A stretch of 63,722 bases of DNA, counting the filler, from Vannella sp. (taxonomy: Eukaryota): assembly GCA_023345925.1 (NCBI GenBank). It is 5 parts of 5 records of this genome, joined end to end, with 100 filler letters (N's around TTAATTAATTAA, not from the genome) between each part and the next. Parts side by side here need not be neighbours in the genome. Positions count along the whole stretch, not along the records: positions 59,075 to 63,722 come from JAJQQN010000626.1; 4 more parts are not named here. One strand, 5' to 3'. The notes beneath the pieces are model-generated. The model had not been told where the DNA came from and ran no database searches. It saw only the letters and a list, made by a program, of their open reading frames with translations. Below are positions 59,667 through 63,722 of this stretch, piece by piece. The position numbers were made by a program, and so were the translations under genes. Within the stretch, counting starts at the first letter, position 1; each line of letters begins with the position of its first letter.

Positions 59667-60148
59667 TCAGCGACGTGCTTGAGTGTTCAGGTGCTTGAAA
59701 ATGCGAGTTTTGATCCAATCTCGGCCAAAGGGCTCGTACGCAGCCTTGCTCTCGTTGAACCTAACCAGATCATTAACGGTCAAAATGCGGATCTGTGAGG
59801 GAAAAGAAGCTTACACCAAGCAGGAGATGTCCACCAAGTTGTCGATGTACGCGTTCAGCTCAGAGATGTCATAGCGGATGTGCTTCACTTGAGGATTTCG
59901 TTTGGCAAGCTCACTTTCGTACTGCTTACGAATGCCTGGTACGGTTTAGGGAGAGGGAAGTGGTTAAAAGAAAGGGCCACGAACCTTCCATTGCAGCGGA
60001 GACGGTTTCGTAATCGTAGAACGAACGGGTTGCCTTCTGACGTGTCTCCTGAACAAGGACAATAGTATGCTTACCCTGCAAGAACCCAATCGTGTTAGAA
60101 CAACCGAAAAGGACAGAACGGCAGTTCCACGACACGCCAACCCACCAT
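59667..60148 (-). CDS. ERH: Enhancer of rudimentary homolog
   Basis: HTIVLVQ..TRSFYDYETVSAAMEG..IRYDISELNAYIDNLVDISCL..YEPFGRDWIKTRI. Confidence 0.93.
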
Positions 60149-60172
60149 CGCGCAGAAGCAAAGCAGAAATGA

Positions 60173-61103
60173 ATGAAATCGAAGTAAAAACAATTTACTG
60201 TCAAAGCCAAGCTTTTGAATCATTTTTCCAGCCGTGAATAGCAGAGAGGGCCAGCTCGACGAGCTGTTGGCTCTTGAGAGTATCTATGGCCAGGACTTTT
60301 TCATGACAGAAGAGGACGAAAGAACCCGTACTCTTTTGCAAGTTTGCCATGAGGGCGCTGGAATGGAGGAACTCGAGCTCCCTCTTGGGTTTCAAGTTTC
60401 TTTGTATGCAGAGACTTGTGATTCAGCCTCTGCGCAAGGCGAGCCAAGTGATCTCACCCATTACTTATTGGTATCGATTCTCCTTCCATTCGATTATCCC
60501 CCAAAGCCCCCTTCCACCACCCTTTGCACCAAGTCTTCTGGTTGGACTCGAGCGGACCTACTCGATCTCAATCAAAGGTTTGAGAACGATTTGAAGGATC
60601 GCATTGATTCGACCCACCAGGAGTGTCTATTCCCTGCTCTTGAGTGGCTTCACCAGGAATGGAGGGACCTGGTCGAGGTCAAAAAGAATAAGCGGCGCCT
60701 GCTTGCAGACCAAAAGTGCATCAAGAAGAGTGAATCGATCACTGTGCGAACGTGGATCTATTTCCACCACATCTATAGCAGCAAGAAGAGAGCTCTCATT
60801 ACGACGTTTGCCAGTCAAGCCAAGGTGACCGGCTTTTGTTTGGCTGGAAAGCCAGGTATTGTGTGCGTAGAAGGGCAACAGGATCAGGTGGCCAGTTTTG
60901 TTTTGGCTGTTCGCGGCTTATCTTGGCAAAGGATGACTGTTCGCCTCCACGAGGAGATTGGCGCTTCTGCTTCGACTCTTTTGGACCATACCAAATCCAC
61001 CTTCGAAGGATTCCACCATATCTCTCTGTCTCTCTCTGAGTTCAGGTCCTATCTTGAGGACCACCAGTGCGAGGAAGTCTTCCAAGTACTCTTTCAGCTC
61101 TGA
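60173..61103 (+). CDS. RWDD2-like protein (RWD + DUF1115); start inferred through a short first exon
   Basis: QLDELLALESIY..LPFDYP; RTWIYFHHIYS..TGFCLAGKPGIVCVEG..VRGLSWQ. Confidence 0.85.
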
Positions 61104-61190
61104 CCCGTTCCTTCTGACCCATGATAAGTCTCCCCTCATCCTAGCACGAGTGGATCCTCAAGTGCACGTCTTCTTTGGCCCAACATCTCC

Positions 61191-61272
61191 ATCGAGAGAG
61201 TTCACGGAGTCACCCAAACCATGTCCGCTGTCCTCTGTTGAAAAGTGCTTCTAAATGCACGAATGACGATTT
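61191..61272 (+). repeat. Third, internally deleted copy of the dispersed repeat
   Basis: GAGAGAGTTCAC..AAACCATGTCCGCTG..GTTGAAAAGTGCTTCTAAAT matches 8531-8596; GAATGACGATTT is the reverse complement of part of the 25934 copy. Confidence 0.75.
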
Positions 61273-61337
61273 CTCTTTTCATAAACCACGGTCCCCGATC
61301 TACATTAGAAAAAATCACTCTTTCGCTGCCTTTCCGG

Positions 61338-63605
61338 ATGCCCGACGAGATTGGCGCTAGTGCTCAGGACGGGGAGGTTTTGGCCTATTTCTGCCAACCA
61401 AACTTATATTTGGATGTCAAGAGTCTTCAGCATCGACTAGAGGCTCAACTCCAGGCTGTAGATGAGGTGGGGCTGACAGACACCTTGTCGGAGATGGGCT
61501 GGGGCTCACACCTTGTTCGTAGGGTAACATGAGGGCCGTGGCGGAGTCTCAAGACGACATACACTCTCTATGCAGTAGTCTCACAGAAGTTTCCGACCAA
61601 CTACAGCAGGTGAACCTTTGGATTAGCCACTACGACAGGCAGCTGGGCAACATGCAAAAGTATGTCTCGGAGATCGAGACAGAGAACGCAGCGCTCAAAG
61701 TGGAGACTTCCAATCGAGTTCATCTTGCTCAGGAGGCGATTGAGATCATTGTAAGGACCCTCAGAGTCCTGTTGAACTGATCCCAACGTTGCAGGGCGCG
61801 ATTCCCCATTCAGAAGGTCCTTGAGATATCTCCCACCATGGAGAAGACCTTGAAGTACACCGTCGAACAGATGACTGCAGAAAATGGGATTGCAGAGGTT
61901 CTCATTGCGGCCACCCAACTTCAAAGGGGCCTCACTTTCCAGTTCCCGCCAACGATAGTGGGAATGAGGGCTGTCAGGGAGCAAAGGCAAAGGATGCATC
62001 AACTGAAAGGGCCCTTTGCGAAGAATGTGTCGCTTTTCTTCAAACATCACTTTGCACAGCGCCAGAAGAAACCAGCTGTCATTGGAGCAGATGGCCAAGT
62101 GCGCCCTCTTGACCGGGAGGAAATGTCTCACAAACCTATTATGGCACGCCTCTCTACCATGCAAGGGCTCATGGATTGGTTAAGCTCGACGGAAGGTGGG
62201 GGAGCAGTTGAGCAAGTCAGATCTTTCTACCGAAAAGCAATGTCAGAGCAATACCGGCGCGACACTGAACTTTTCTTCCAACATGCTCGGTTCTGGAAGA
62301 AGATTGATGTCCACCAAATCAAGTTTCTGCGTGAGTTTGAGGCAGTGTCTTGGTGTTGGAGTGTGGAACTAACTCAAAGAAGAACTCCAACCTGTCAGAA
62401 AGGCGATGTCCAAGAACAAGATCACTTTTGTACCCAAAAAACTGAAAAAGAAAACCTCCATCCATCAGATAACCGGTTTTGTGTTGAAATCAGTTGTCGA
62501 ATCGGCCACGAAGGAATGGAAGTTTTGCAAGGATTTCCTTCATCTGGAGGAGGAGTGAGTCTTCATTTAACCATGGAGAGGAGGTTAATTGGTTCGATTA
62601 GGGATGCCGATCGTTATACTTCCGAAATCTTCTCCAGTCTTGACCCTGTTCTCCTCAAGCTTGTGTGCGAAGCTGGAGACGAGACTCCTTTGTAAGTGAC
62701 TAGACCGAATTATACGCTTTGTCCTAACGTACCTCACTGGGGATGGTTCCAGTAATCTAATCTACATTCTTGTTCACACGAATATCTATTTGAGCAAGAC
62801 TGGAGGGCGTTCCCCGTGTGCTTATGTTTCCTTTCTGATGAATCGAGTTCAGATTGAAGCCAAACAACAGTTTAATCGCTACTTGGACGAGGCAATTACT
62901 GAGATGAAGGAAGTGCCTCTAAAATCAGGGATTCTTCCACACATGAGGAAGCTGCCAAGATTCATAGACCACGTGGAACAGTTTACTACGGATGAATCGC
63001 GATCGATCATCGAGCCCTTTTTGCACAAGGCCATTCTCTCAACCTTTTCCAAGATCAACAGTGCTGGAATGGGTACCTCAACAACGTCCTCCTCTGAGGC
63101 TGCAGGGGAGGAAAAGTCACAAAGTTTCGTTCTCAAATATGAGAATTACAACTTCTTTGTGCGAGCCATCGGGAGGCGACAGGTTGGTTGCTTGCATCAA
63201 TATGTGAAACAAGCGCAAGGCATCTACGAGAGCAATCTGGCCTCGTTCAATAACTACTTACTGAAGAAGTATTTCGGAGGCTTCTTCGAATACTTCAAAG
63301 AAGTGGAGGCCATGCTGGCTCCTGGCATGTCCGCTGAGGAAATCTCCTACAAGAATGGATTCACCACGAAAGAGTACCGAAAGCTCATTGCAAAAGTCGG
63401 TGTCATCGAAAAGCGCGTTGCCAACGCTGAGAAACGGCTCCAAAAGACACATCCACCTTCATCCTCCATTTACGGGATTGTTCATTCTGCGTTCATGAAG
63501 CACCTCTCCGACCGCTACCAAAAGTGCACCGATCTGGCTTCTGCCTGTTACAATGACTTTCTCCCAAAACTCTCTCTCTCAGAAGACCCAGATCCAGAAA
63601 AATAA
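61338..63605 (+). CDS. Exocyst Sec3/EXOC1-like protein lacking the N-terminal PH-like domain
   Basis: WISHYDRQLGNMQKYVSEIETENAALKVETSN; GMRAVREQ; KQQFNRYLDE; ENYNFF; EEISY. Confidence 0.8.
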
Positions 63606-63608
63606 GAA

Positions 63609-63722
63609 TCCTTCATTCCCTTCCTCTCCTTCATTCCCTTCCTCTCCTCCATCCTTCCTCTCCTTCATTCCCTTCCTCTCCTTCATTCCCTTCCTCTCCT
63701 TCATTCCCTTCCTCTCCTTCAT
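63609..63722. repeat. 18-bp pyrimidine-rich tandem repeat (TCCTTCATTCCCTTCCTC)n running off the contig end
   Basis: About 6 copies directly after the Sec3-like stop codon. Confidence 0.9.

Noticed and set aside
1413..63605. Apparent pseudogenes, frameshifts, stop-codon recoding or selenocysteine
   Set aside because: The breaks I checked resolve with short GT-AG introns, and glutathione reductase has no Sec extension. Not every junction was checked.
1..63722. tRNA, rRNA or transposase genes
   Set aside because: None recognised by eye; tRNAscan-SE, Infernal or HMM searches would be needed to exclude them.

Overview
This is eukaryotic DNA. Five contigs are joined by artificial N/TTAATTAATTAA spacers (8347-8446, 38837-38936, 46902-47001, 58975-59074), so synteny across the spacers is meaningless. 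The genome is very compact, with intergenic gaps often under 200 bp and mostly 40-70 nt canonical GT-AG introns that fragment the supplied ORF track. Gene content (Dictyostelium-type STAT-like SH2 protein, RWP-RK factor, RING/TRAF-TKL kinase, LIM and CH-domain actin proteins) suggests a free-living amoebozoan or similar protist; this is inference. About 38 genes were reconstructed by eye, including SPT5, EXO1, Pol eta, SNU13, glutathione reductase, GID4, CSN7, ENY2, ERH, IWR1, METTL9, PSMB3, SEC3-like and NadE. Best finding: a textbook kink-turn (32857-32896) in SNU13 intron 3 buries the putative branch point and the 3' splice-site AG, suggesting that the K-turn-binding Snu13 protein regulates its own splicing. 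Also noted: two loci where non-coding DNA is an antisense copy of the neighbouring exon, a dispersed inverted-repeat (MITE-like) family upstream of genes, interstitial TTTAGGG tracts, a STAT-like protein ending in a SAM domain, and unusual architectures (FYVE-F-box-GTPase; SMP-MABP-C2-PH). All family calls are motif recognition, not database searches, and exon boundaries are manual.
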